Below, piece after piece: positions 1 to 11,644 of a stretch of DNA of 64,000 nucleotides (the first letter of the stretch is position 1; each line of letters starts with the position of its first letter). The translations under genes were made by a program, and so were the position numbers. This DNA comes from Pseudovirgaria hyperparasitica (Eukaryota): the NCBI GenBank assembly GCA_010093815.1, contig ML996568.1. One strand, 5' to 3'. The notes under the pieces are model-generated. The model saw nothing but the letters and a program-made list of their open reading frames with translations. It was not told where the DNA came from and ran no database searches.

Positions 1-1064
1 CAAGACCTCTATAACACCTCCCAACGAGCCTGTTTCTTCAATTCGAGATGGATACTATCATGTCGCATCCGAAAAATTCGGACCCCAGAGGTTTTGAAGA
101 GGAAGCAGAGCAGGTGGAAGATTCGGATTAAATGAATAATGGCTAATATATTTCATGATATTATGTTCCCAACGAGAATCATCGTTGGAATACGTACTAA
201 AGAGGTTACTAAGTAGAGATATTCTTTTACTATATGATACTGCTCTGCACATGGATTTATCTCCTGATCCATAGCTCAATATGAAGCTTGAACAACATAC
301 CCCTTCCAAGTAACACGAAAAGACGTAACAGACGGACTAATTACCTAAATTAAGATATTTGTCGTATCGCAAAAGACTTGAATGGTCCTCTCCTACTCGA
401 TCCACCCAGTACAACGAAGATCGATTAGTTTCACACTAACACAGCCGAGCTACATTCGTATCCCTGACTAACTTCCGAATTATCCAATAACTCTCTACTC
501 CAGTCTATCAAAGCTGTTTGTATTACAAGGACTAAGAATAGAGACAGGAAAAAAATCGTGTCCGGGTCCTATCGTCCATGTGCCAGAACGTGATCGAAGC
601 TATCACGATGGCAAAGCTTGTGTCATGCGCTGTAGGTACGGCTCACTAAGCTTGAGCTTTAGTAATGCCAGAGGAGGGCTTTTGGATGATAGAGAGTTTA
701 AGAGTAAGCTCTTGTGGTTGAATACAATAGAGGTGAAGATTGTGGTTGGATTATATGGGGCTAACGTGTATAGAATCACTGGCTTGGAGTTCGGTTGTAT
801 AGAAACAATTTCGATTCCTATTGGGTAGTGCATGGTATTACTAATGTGTTCTACTATGCATTTTTAAGTAAGAACTCCTTGAAGATCGAGATCCTTTATA
901 CAGCGGGAAATTTTTAGCTTGAAACAAACATTGTGCTCTGCTCAACACCGATCGCTCAATGCAATGTAAGACAAAGAAAATCTAAAAGATCTTGCTCTTG
1001 CTATCCATCTTCGACTTCTTATCGGCGAAGATATAACGTCTAAAAAGGTTTTTTTTAGATCTGC

Positions 1065-2118
1065 CTAGAGTCTCTTCGCAACCTCTCTGAAGTAAATTTG
1101 ATGTCCATTGTCTAGCGGACTTGGTAGATGGTCTAAAATTGTGACCATGTCAGATTTTAACTTGAACTTATACGCGCACCCGGCGTGCACGTTGGTAGAA
1201 TCTTGGTAGGGTATTGCTTTAATCTTTTTGACCTCTTGGCACAGATATAATAAGCTGTGCTTCACATCTTTGGCTTTCGGAATAGGCCACAGTCCCTTTA
1301 GCAGGAGGGCTTTGGTAATACAGCCCATGGTGATAGTGTAGCATTTATCTTTCCTATGTGAAGTGCTGCAGTCCACGCCGGAATAGGCCCTGGAAATTCG
1401 ACTACTCAGGCATTGGAGAACTCTTCCGATAGCATCCTGACGAATTTTTAGAATGTTACCTACGACACAAGCAATTAGCGAACAAGATCTAAATTTTGAA
1501 ATGTAGAGCTATGTGCATACTGATAATTCGTGGAGGAGCATCTATCTTCTTCAAGCTCTCAATGTGCATCCGTATATCATAAGAATTATCTGTTTCGTGG
1601 GTATGAAGGACCATCGTGTGCGCAAGGCTTGAGAAGTAGCTCTCTAGGCCAAAAGCCCAATATATCTTGAAGTGCGCTGGATCTTCAGCGCAGGAGAGCT
1701 CCTGATCTAGGTCCTGGACCCATTTTCGGTAGAATGGAGAGATGGTAGATTGGATCTCAAACTTGTCGACAAACTTTGCCAGGGCAGAGAGCTGTTCCAA
1801 GCTGAGGGAACACTGTGGAATCTTCTTAAAATGACCATTAAGAATGTTTAAGACGATCTCAACGGCATATGGACTCTCCTCGGGCCATTCGACAGAATGA
1901 ACATCTGGTACTACTGTTTGAAGACTCTCTGAGAGTGCCATTGCTAGCATTGGGCCAGCGAGGGCGAGGGCTTTTCGGGAAATGATGAAAGGAACCCTGT
2001 TAGCCCCGACAACGAGTGATATGTCATCTGAAACCTTTGGCTGTGTCAAGGGGAGCTGATTGACATCGCCCACGTCTGCGGAGTCTCTGTCGCTTCTGCT
2101 GGTGATGTGTTCAGACAT
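1065..2118 (-). CDS. Fungal BTB/POZ-domain protein, 2 exons (2118-1521, 1459-1065)
   Basis: ORF 1489..2118 has a BTB pattern (DISLVVG..FIISRKALALAGP..WPEESPYAVEIVLNILNG..LAKFVDKFE). Intron 1460-1520 (GTATGC..GCTAAT..TAG) joins it in frame to ORF 1065..1376 (SNILKIRQDAI..KCYTITMGCITKALLLKGLWP), the C-terminus typical of this fungal BTB family. Confidence 0.85.
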
Positions 2119-2579
2119 GGTTGATTGTGTGTGTATAGTATAGATATGTGAGAGAGCGATGAGAAACTACTAGAAAAGTGCGTGTATAGATTCAATAGAG
2201 ACTGCCAAGGCACTAAAGCTTTATTATAATTGGTTATTCTAAAGGTGAAGTGAGTGTTGGACCCCTGTACCGTCTGGCCTATTAAAAATGGTTGAAATTT
2301 CAAGGTAGAACGATCCTGCGACATAAGACTCCCTAGGTCTCACTTTTAGTTAGTCCATAGCGCAGTAGAATCACGTCTTTACCAGATGGATACTCCTATT
2401 TTCGGGTTATTCCAGCTCTTAATCAGAAGAAGTACTGCTAGTATCGGATACACTAGCTCGCCAATGGCTCCAGAACTAAGTATTACCCGAGACCCTATAC
2501 AAATTAACTAAGCCATTTCATGGCTCAATGCTAATAAGCAATGATTAAAGTATCTTCTATGACCTTCCCATTGTCGAAG

Positions 2580-3300
2580 AACCACATGGCTAAGGGATGG
2601 GTATAGGCTAATCTAAAGGGCAATGAGAGGCATTTAGACTTGAGTACTATTAGACATGGGATAATTATCTTTCAAGGGGTATAGAGACTACCTTACTATA
2701 GAATAGATATAGATATCTTTCCAAGATTAAGAGAGCTAGTATAGCTTAAATACCATTAGCAGAGTAATTAGTGTTTGTTAAAGCGTATAAGAACTATATT
2801 ACTATAGAATAGATATTAGAAATATATAGAGATGAAAAGAAATATTAAAGTAGAAGTACTTCTAGATATAAAATACTTATCTATAGAGAAGCATAGAGAC
2901 TACCCTACTATAAAATAGATATAAATAACTTAAGAAATTTGGAAGAACTAATTTATCTTAAGTACTATGCTAAAATAGTATAGCCTTATCTAGAGAGTAT
3001 AGAGACTATCTTACTAATAAATATATACAGCTATATATGAAGGCTAGAGAAGCTCCTTTAGCTTAGGAACTACTAGAAAGAAAAAAAGACTTCTTTAAAG
3101 ATTATAGTAATTATATTACTATATGATAGATATTAGGCCATTTAAGATGTAAGAAGAGATATCTAAACTTAAGTAGTACTAGTAATGACTAAGTCTCTCT
3201 CTAAAAAGATAATTAGATTCTATTACTATAGAGTAGACATAGATAATACTAAAAGATAAGAAGAGGGATTTATGGTAGAGTACTATTAGGAACAGCACGC
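2580..3300. repeat. Degenerate tandem array, ~106-bp period with an apparent ~53-bp subunit
   Basis: Motif YTACTAT(A)RAATAGAYAT recurs at ~2693, 2799, 2905, 3011, 3116 and 3223. Motif CTTRAGTACTAYTAG recurs at ~2639, 2745, 2851, 2957, 3062, 3168 and 3275. A weaker in-phase copy lies at ~2427. Confidence 0.85.
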
Positions 3301-3829
3301 TCTTCTTTATATTAGTGTAGATTCTACGTGTATAATAAACGGGAATCATAAATGCCCGCCTAAGAGAAGAAGAAACCGCCTAAAGTAGAGCTTGGATCAT
3401 AAATATATTAGTCTTTAGAGCATGGACACCGCGTAATAATGTGGAGAGTATTCGTTGTATTAAATGGTACCTGTAAAAGTGCGCCTAGAAGTGGAACAGT
3501 ATCGCTATATTATGGCCACTAAAAGCTAGCATATCTAGAGATAAGCATGAAGAGTAGATGATTACTAGGAATTATAGTAGGAACAATCGTGTATAATAGC
3601 TACTATGTGCTAGTGGTTTAGGTACTAAGTGTACTAATGTAATCATGCATGATATTCTTTACATAATCTTATAAATGAATTATAGGATAAAGCATGTTTA
3701 TATCTCGAAGCGTAAAATTGTATTATCCTATGGCTACTAGCACTGCAAGGAGAAATTGCTATCTCTGTCACTATGCCTACTATCATCAAGGTTATAGGTA
3801 GCTCCATCTACTCATGTCGTTTTCTCTTA

Positions 3830-4765
3830 CTCTGTCTTAGATCTTATAGTATTATTTTACACGTCTCTCTCGAACTCCTCAAGTAGAAGACTCCCTAGAG
3901 ATAGCAATGATGTTATCTATCTCTTGAATTATTATTAGTATGGAATCACGATACACGTTCTAATTTGTTCGCCAGATTATCCAGTCCCTTTCCGCTATCA
4001 AACTGCGAAGTGCAAGGTGGAAATGATTCTAAGTACTCTTTGTCGTAGATTAACTTCCTGATGTTGTAATTAATCTTCTCCCGACAGAGTTTGTAGATTG
4101 AAATTTTGTTAGTTTAAGTTACTCTCATAGATTATCTTTCCTGGTTCGCATGATATAGTCTATAATAGCGTTAATTACCAAAATAACACATGCTTTTTTA
4201 GGGATCCTTCTATCGCCTTACCATAAAGACCTTCAGGCAAAGGGATATCCTCTATCTATCTTTATATTATCGGCCATCATTATACCGCTTCTACCGATAC
4301 TCGTGGCTTGGATGAGCTACTGGACTTTCATCTTGAAGTCAAGCTGAAACCCGAAGACACAAGTGATCTCGATTCAATGGTTTGATTCTCCTAGAGCTAC
4401 CTTGTAATTCATCACTAAGTGTTTGCAAACCGCTGTTTGTAGTGTGGGCCGATCACATGATAGAAGTCGTATTTGTGAAACATTTCGGCTATCTAACGGA
4501 CTATTTTGTCTCATTGCAGCTACTTAGGTATGTCTTGAGTAGTTCTATGAATGGTATTCAGAAGAATGTACATCGCAGACGCGTCGTCTACTAGAAGAGC
4601 ACTTATAACCTGAGAGGATTCGGCGAAAATGCCATGAAGGAGATTTTTCTATGCCGAACACGCAGCAGCAGCGCCTACACGGCATACAAGGAATGAGGTT
4701 CGGGTCTTACAGTTTAGAAAAGCTCCGATCAGAAGTGTAAGGTCCCTACGAGAGCCAACAACCAT
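3830..4765 (-). pseudogene. Disrupted BTB/POZ-domain paralog
   Basis: Manual minus-strand translation across stops and frameshifts gives MVVGSRRDLTLLIG..SFLVCR../..LLVDDASAMYILLNTIHRTTQDIPK*..IAEMFHKYDFYHVIGPHYKQ../IEITCVFGFQLDF../PLPEGLY, then intron 4160-4221 (GTAAGG..TTAAC..TAG), then DYIMRTRKDNL..VYRDSILIIIQEIDNIIAI. This is colinear with the gene at 1065-2118. Both ends are approximate. Confidence 0.75.
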
Positions 4766-6808
4766 AGAAGTGAATGTCTTTTGGAAGTTTCTAGTAGCAA
4801 TTGCTAGAGTTCAGATGTTAAACTGTCTATGTGGCGATAGAGGAGTAGCAAAGGAACTTAGTATCTTACTCACAAAGCAAAGCTATGCAGAGATTGAGCG
4901 ATTAAGGATATCAATGATAGATGATAGAGACCAACTATGCCATGGATGCGAAGCTATTGTGATTGGATATGGAAGAGATGTAAGCACCCAATAGCAAAGG
5001 GAATCCGACGCAGAACTCAACCTTTTTTAGCTTTGATGGCCTAGGACAAGTGGGCCATGTGCGCGTAAAACAGGATAAACCCCAACGGACGAATACACAT
5101 TCTGTTTAGCACTGGATGTCTTCGATAGAATAACTAGGATAAATTCACTCTATACTTCTAGTTAGATATCTTGTTTCATTCTGCGGCCTGTAAATATTTT
5201 ATTCTTAGCTCTAGAACAACCGAAATTGAGATAGGAGAACCACTGAAGAACTGGCCAAGAAACAATTACCACTCGTCGACCTCGAATGTCCACACTCTAT
5301 GATCCATTAGCCTTGACGATCGCTGTTTAATGAGAATTCGGTAGGAGTGGCGAGGCATTTACAGCTTGCACCTCTCTGATATCTTGACCGTTTGACTATG
5401 GAAATCAATCGGAGACTGCTCTCCCACCGAAACTGCTACAAAGTGAGTCGTGTAATAGTGATTAATAAATGTCTATTTGCGCACGACTAATTATATCATC
5501 GGTATGAGATCTCCCAATATATTTGTTATGGTGCTGCTCTCCGTTGCGGGCTAGCCTCCCCGCTCGTTGTACAAGTCCAATCGAACACTATGCGATTGCC
5601 GCATAAGACGCAACCAGTCTTGAGTACATATCTGAACTTCAGGTCGCCAATCTCTAATACACCCTTTTCCACGCTGTATTGTTCGTCGAGTACGTTTATT
5701 ATGTGTTCCAAGTGACGACAACCGCATTCAATGATGGCTTTGAAAAGCCGAAACCCCCCACGAACTCTAGGAAACTAAATCCTCTCACTGAAAGCCGCTC
5801 TCAATGACTAATTTGGTTTTATAGAAAAGCACTGGCGACCTGCTCACAAACCTCGCCCATAAAGATATCGGAACCAGTAATAAATCTAGCAGTAAGATAT
5901 ACCTCCGCACCTTAAAAAACAAAGACACGAATGGCGGCAAGGCAAATACAAGTAGCGCAACGACTCACAAGCTATACTTAACGGTCCGCTAGGGGTGGTG
6001 ACTACGTTGGTGATGACGAGATCATCGATTGGCGCTTAGCGAGCACTGTTCTAGTCGTCCATTCAGAGAGAGCGAGATGAGAAAAACCGACACCGGTGAA
6101 TAAAGTTGGGCCGGCTTTGAGGTCTGTCAACTATTATAGGTCTAAGGAATAGCACATTGGCCAAATACAAGAAGAAGCCTCCTGGGAGGATTGTCCGGGT
6201 AGGACTTTAATACAATAAAGGGAGCCCGTGAGGAAATGTAGGAAGAGCTGAGATGATGCCGGAAAGATGTGGGTAGGTTGGAACACATGACTTTGTCATA
6301 GCGGGCTTTTCAAAGAATGATGGCTTAGTATCGAACCCGGGCATAATCATAGATTAAGGGGCATAAGCAGCCGTGAGAGAGACCAGCTCCGCGACGATTA
6401 GAACCAAAGGGGAGGTCTTGGAAGTATCGCCCGCGGTCTGGCGAATATTATAGTTGGTATTCAAGCCCCGAATAGTTCAACTTGATACCATCTAGGCTAG
6501 AAAATTAAGATAGTAGCAGAACTGCTTGACCTGAAGACCAGGCGGAAAGGGGAGAATCGAGGAAAATTTAAGCACAATGAGTAGGGACAGGTGTGAGAAA
6601 TCTATGCAAGAGACGAATGATGTACATGGACTAGATAGACGAGATACGAGTCCAAACGCGATTGTAAGGCATGATGCATAGGATTCAATATGAGCTAAGA
6701 GCTATTCAAGTCTACTGTTCTATGATGCTACATAGCTTATGTATCTGAGTGGACCGCTTGGAGTACGAGCTGGGAAAAGATACAATTTGATCGACCACCA
6801 CCCCGTAA

Positions 6809-8955
6809 TCAATGGACACCATTCGTAAGCACTTTCGTAGGAAGTGCAGGGGGCGCAATGATACTATCGAAATTGAGCTCAGGCTCCTTCGCGGGCTCTA
6901 TTACTGCTGCGGGAGCCGTACTTGTATTCAGTCCGCCATCCGGAGTATCTGCCTTCTTGAGCAGCCCATCAACATCCTTCCCCTCCGGCAAGTCAACCTC
7001 TTCACTAGTAACCCATCCATCTTCTTTCTTCTGCCTGCTCTTGGTATCACTTCGTCGCCCTCTCTTGACTTTCTCGTTCGTTGCTCGCCTCCTCCTGCGC
7101 CCCTGCATAGTCTCCGCAATCTTCTCCACGACCAGCTCTCTCTCTCTCCTCTTTGTATACATCCTCTCGTTCGCTTCCATGATATCGTGTCTACGCTTCT
7201 CCAACGCTTCCTCCTTCTCCTTCTTCTTCGTCTCCCGGGTTCTCTTCAATTCCTCAATCCACTCCTCGATTTTCTCGACTGCCGTAGCTGGTGAATCGCG
7301 ATGCTGAAGCAGAAAGCCTTGAACCTCAGCGGGCGAGAGGGTATCAGGTGGGATCCTGGTTCCAAAATCATGTGCAAGAGCACGTAGTGCTGCAGGATCG
7401 ATGTCCGGGAGGAGGGTGCCGGGGATTGTACCGTTGACGGCAGTGTTCAATTCAGAAGAGGCCTCGAGGCATGTCTCGGACGAGGGATTTTCACCATCAT
7501 CCGAATCTTCGTCCATGGTGAACATCCGGATGAAGATACTCTCGGCGACGCTTGGCGTCAGAAGTCCGAAACAGATCTGGCGGTCGACACGACCGGGTCG
7601 AATCAGCGCTTTATCAAGAGCATCAGGGGTGTTTGATGTCATGATAAGCACACGGCCCTCTTGTGATGCAAGACCATCGAGAGCATTGAGTAGGCCACTG
7701 AGTGTGACCGCACCCGGAGGTGGAGGTGGAGGTGGAGGCGGTGGAGGGCCACCGTGTGGGCTGTTCGTATTGTCGTACCACGAAAAATCTTCGGATGCTT
7801 CACGCTGGATGCCAGCAGAATCAATGTCTTCCAGAACGATGATACATTCTTGAGGCAAGGTGGCAAACAGGCGGAGAAGACCGGCGGCATTCATAAGATT
7901 GCTGAGATTGAGGGCGTATAACTCGAGATTGAAGTAACCAGCTAGAGCAAGACTGTGCGAAGTTTAGCAAATTATCAATCATCAGATAACATCACATACC
8001 AGAACGATGTCTTCCCAGTCCCTGGCTCGCCGTGGAAGAGATATCCGCGGCGGTAAGGGATGCCTCTTCTTGCATAAAATCGTCTCGTCGATGGCGCAAG
8101 ATATGCTTCGATATCAGCTACGATATCTTTCTTCAAGACCTCATCAAGGTCTACAGTGTGTAATGGCCGGGCCGGGCGAAGCATATGCGTGTCCCACATC
8201 GCGCGAAATCCGTCTTGACAAAGATGGATGCTAGTGAATGTCTCCGTCTTCTTATTGGCATTCTCGCGGCACACTTCCAGAAACCTCTTGAGTGGTTCTG
8301 GGCTTCTTCCGACACATAGAAGTACGATATGTTCAGAGCCGTCTGGCGCACTCCAATAGTCGTCTATTCCCTGGCTGTCATATTTTGTGCCGCACCTGCG
8401 AAAGAGAAAGAGTCTACCTCGGAACCAAAACCAGGTTGATCCAAAAGATGGATAGTAATCAATCGGAGCACCAGCCAGTAAGGCTTTTGATTTTGACTTT
8501 TTTGGTCGTGTGTGTCTTGTTGGTGGTCGTGGGAGACCTGGGGGTGGCGGCATCGGAGGGTTTATCATCATCCCCATGTCATTGCCAAGTGATCTTCCAC
8601 TCTGAGCTGCTAGAACTCTGGTCCCGGTCTGTGTCACAACATTGGTGCTCATCCAAAGGAGAACCTCTCTGTTCAGTCTGTCGCTGGCAGGTATGCTGAC
8701 GGACGCGGTCAAGAATCTGGTGAGCCAGTTGTATATACCTGAGGACATCTTCTGTATCGATGAACTGAAGACACCGAAGAGGAAAAACGTTGTGACAAGT
8801 TTCGTGATGTCGATGTTGAGCCATTGCTGGAAGAAGCTCTGTATCGTAGCGAAGCCTGGTAAGAAGTATTCGAGGACGTTGGGCGAGACGGCCAAAAGAT
8901 TACTAGCAGCATTTCCCAGAGGCCCTGACACCAACGATTGTCTACGTGGAGCCAT
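6809..8955 (-). CDS. BCS1-like AAA+ ATPase, 2 exons (intron 7953-7999)
   Basis: BCS1_N-like region (YYPSFGSTWFWFRGRLFLFRR), GIPYRRGYLFHGEPGTGKTS (Walker A), IIVLEDID (Walker B), VTLSGLLNALDG and LDKALIRPGRVD. A GTATGT..CAG intron joins the two ORFs in frame. Confidence 0.92.
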
Positions 8956-9654
8956 AATCGGTGAGAGAGACTCGCGGGAGATACGAAACTCTAGGTATCA
9001 AAAGGATAAAAGGCCTGAATGTAATGTGCTATGTGCTTATGAACCCTTACGAACACAGAAAAGCCTAAGTACATGCAATCTTGTGAAGGTATAGCATGAA
9101 TATTGCAATGGCTATAATGAATAGTTGAAAAAGAAAGACTGAGTGGAGATGAAGAATGAGGTTATTAGGATCACTTTTTGTCGCGTGCTGCTTCTACCAG
9201 TGAGGCTTCTGCCTTGCTCGCCAGCACTGCCTGCATATGCAGGCTGCAGCCTAGACGTCGCCATTAGGCAGCCAATGAAGGTATCCGGTCATCACTGTTG
9301 TCATGAGAAGATGCTCTGCAGACCTATGGATCCCTCATGCAGTACTGCTATAAGAAAGCCTCAGTATTGCTCGACCTCGTCGAATAAAGTATATAGCATG
9401 CCATATTTGCGGGGATTATGTGCAGGAATCCATCCATTGTGGCGCAGCATCTTCAGTACCCGAAGATGACTAGCGTACTTTTGCTGACATATTCTGGCTG
9501 AGATCTATTCGATGCCTATCACCAAAGATCGCTCACATTCCTTTTGCTCTACCACAAGCCGTCGTATCTCGCTTTGGTGTTATGTAATCTCTCCAAATCT
9601 CATATCAGATGACTCCAGGCCTCGCCAGGGCCTAGAAACCTCTACCACAGGCAA

Positions 9655-11644
9655 ATGGACGGCAATAACTTGACCAAAGATCTTGTTCCCAGAACGTCCG
9701 TGCTTCGGGGGTCACACATAATCTGCCTTTGTCTCCTTGTCAATCAAGTATGGAAAAGTCTCCACAGTTCGGGCAAGCTTTACGACACAATGGCATGCCG
9801 ATTGAAGCAACTTGTGGAATGTATGCGGCAAGGCTGTACATTATGCAGCTTGGTCCTGGACGACAGCAGGCAACAACAAGATGACTTTTTGAGTGTCATA
9901 AACAGTGATCAGAGACCCCTGTCACTATCACTACGTGTCCACTCACAAAAAGTAGTCCTCAATTATTCGGTGGTGGGAATCACTGATTCTATTACAGTAA
10001 CATTGGCACAAGTATATTATAGCACATGTAAGTCATTTACTGCAGTCGTACAAAGTATCTTAATTTCAAGAAGGTCTTACACAACGTTCCATGTCAACAT
10101 CTTCAACATCTTCAACATCTTTCGATAATCCTAGCACCTGGTCGAAAGCCCGGGATTGGCTCGAAACCTGTGTGAAAAACCACACCGACTGTACCAAGTC
10201 CGATGTGGGGTCATTTCTGCCGCGTCGCCTCATAGACGTCGGATCAGCGGATTGTGTCTTGCGTCCAAGGCTTTGCCTGTCAGAGAACCTGCCTGCTACA
10301 ACGTCTTATCTGACATTGTCTCATTGTTGGGGGTCAGAAGTCCCAGGAATACTCTCAACGGGTCTGCTTCCGCTTTACTTGACCTCAATTCTGACCGATA
10401 CGATTCCTGAAAAGTTTGTGCAAGCTATGGAGTGTACCAGGAAGCTCGGGTATAGATACATCTGGATAGACTGCCTCTGTATCTTGCAAGATTCCCCCGA
10501 TGATTGGGCTGAACAATCTGCAGAAATGGACAAGGTATATGAAAACTCTGTTTGCAATATTGCTGCAAACAACAGTGATAGTTGGAGGACGCCCTTGTTC
10601 CTTGGCAGAGATCCATCTGTGGGTAACCTGACTGTGCTAGCGTTACCAGGTCGCGTCGTTCCAGACAACATGGAATACTTCGTATGCCTTCCAAGGATGT
10701 GGCGTCGTAACTTCTCAGACAGTCCCTTGTTTCAAAGAGCTTGGGTAGTGCAAGAACTTGCATTGTCCCCAAGAAGTCTTCATTTCTGTACGGGGCAGAT
10801 GTGGTGGGACTGCAAGACTCACACAGTATGCGAATCAGAATCGTGGTACGGCTTGCGACGAGTTGATGATATATGGCAATCATTATCTCCTCGCTTGAAA
10901 CTATCCGAATCTTCTAACAAGAGTCGCGTTTGGGAGCGTATAGTCTGCAGATACACGGCAGCTCAATTAACATATGAATGCAAAGACAAGCTTGTTGCGC
11001 TCTCAGCTTTGGCTAGACGAATGGGCGAGGCTACCGACTACTTAGCCGGTCTTTGGAAATGGGACCTCCCCAGAGCCCTACTTTGGCATATAGAGTCTCA
11101 CGATCAGACACCACTGGCATCCGGTGCGCCCAGCTGGTCTTGGGCTTCCGTAAAGGGTCGCATGCCGCCCAGTCTCCATCGTCGTCCTTATAAATATAAT
11201 GCTAAGGTACTATCCGCCAGCACCGACAAGACATCTGAAGACCCGTTTGGCACAGTTTCTGGAGGCGAGATTGTACTCGAAGGTCTCTTCGTGCACGAGT
11301 CGCGACCTGACGAACTTTGCCGTCGTGGGCAGCATCAGACAGTAAGCTGGGAGCCCCTCTCGGATGAATATCAGTTCGTCATTGGTGGGAGCACCAATCA
11401 TGGACCTTGGGGACTAATACTACGACCGACCGGAGATAAAGGTCAGTTCACAAGGGTCGGTGTGTATTACAGGACTCTTGTCCACCCTCCGGCTCGTACA
11501 GGCGGTTGGAATCGTAATGATTACGATAAGCAGTTCAACGAATACGCTGCAAGATGCCACGCATTTGTCCAGACATGCGACCCAAATCTGTACCTCAGGA
11601 AAAGCGATCGCTATCCAGGGTATGTTGTAATCAGCATCGTGTAG
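9655..11644 (+). CDS. HET-domain (heterokaryon incompatibility, PF06985-type) protein
   Basis: ORF 10091..11644 contains LPRRLIDV, YLTLSHCWG, YIWIDCLCILQD, MDKVYENS, PLFQRAWVVQE, YLAGLW and APSWSWAS. The upstream ORF carries the typical GCxLC motif and is probably joined by intron 10028-10073. The start codon is uncertain. Confidence 0.88.

Larger units (their letters stand above)
1..6700. other. AT-rich accessory region with RIP-like mutation signature
   Basis: By eye there is a strong excess of TA dinucleotides and TAG/TAA triplets and a scarcity of CA/TG, most extreme at ~2640-3850. The only long ORF is the BTB gene. Composition changes sharply at the intact genes from 6809 onward. No RIP index was computed. 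Confidence 0.75.

Noticed and set aside
1..1000. Short ORFs 58..309, 580..828 and 603..833 as genes or transposase fragments
   Set aside because: The sequence is stop-riddled and decayed, and I recognised no motif in the frames I read.
2580..3300. CRISPR-like array interpretation of the 106-bp repeats
   Set aside because: The context is eukaryotic, there are no cas genes, the repeats are degenerate, and the intervening segments are homologous to each other rather than unique spacers.
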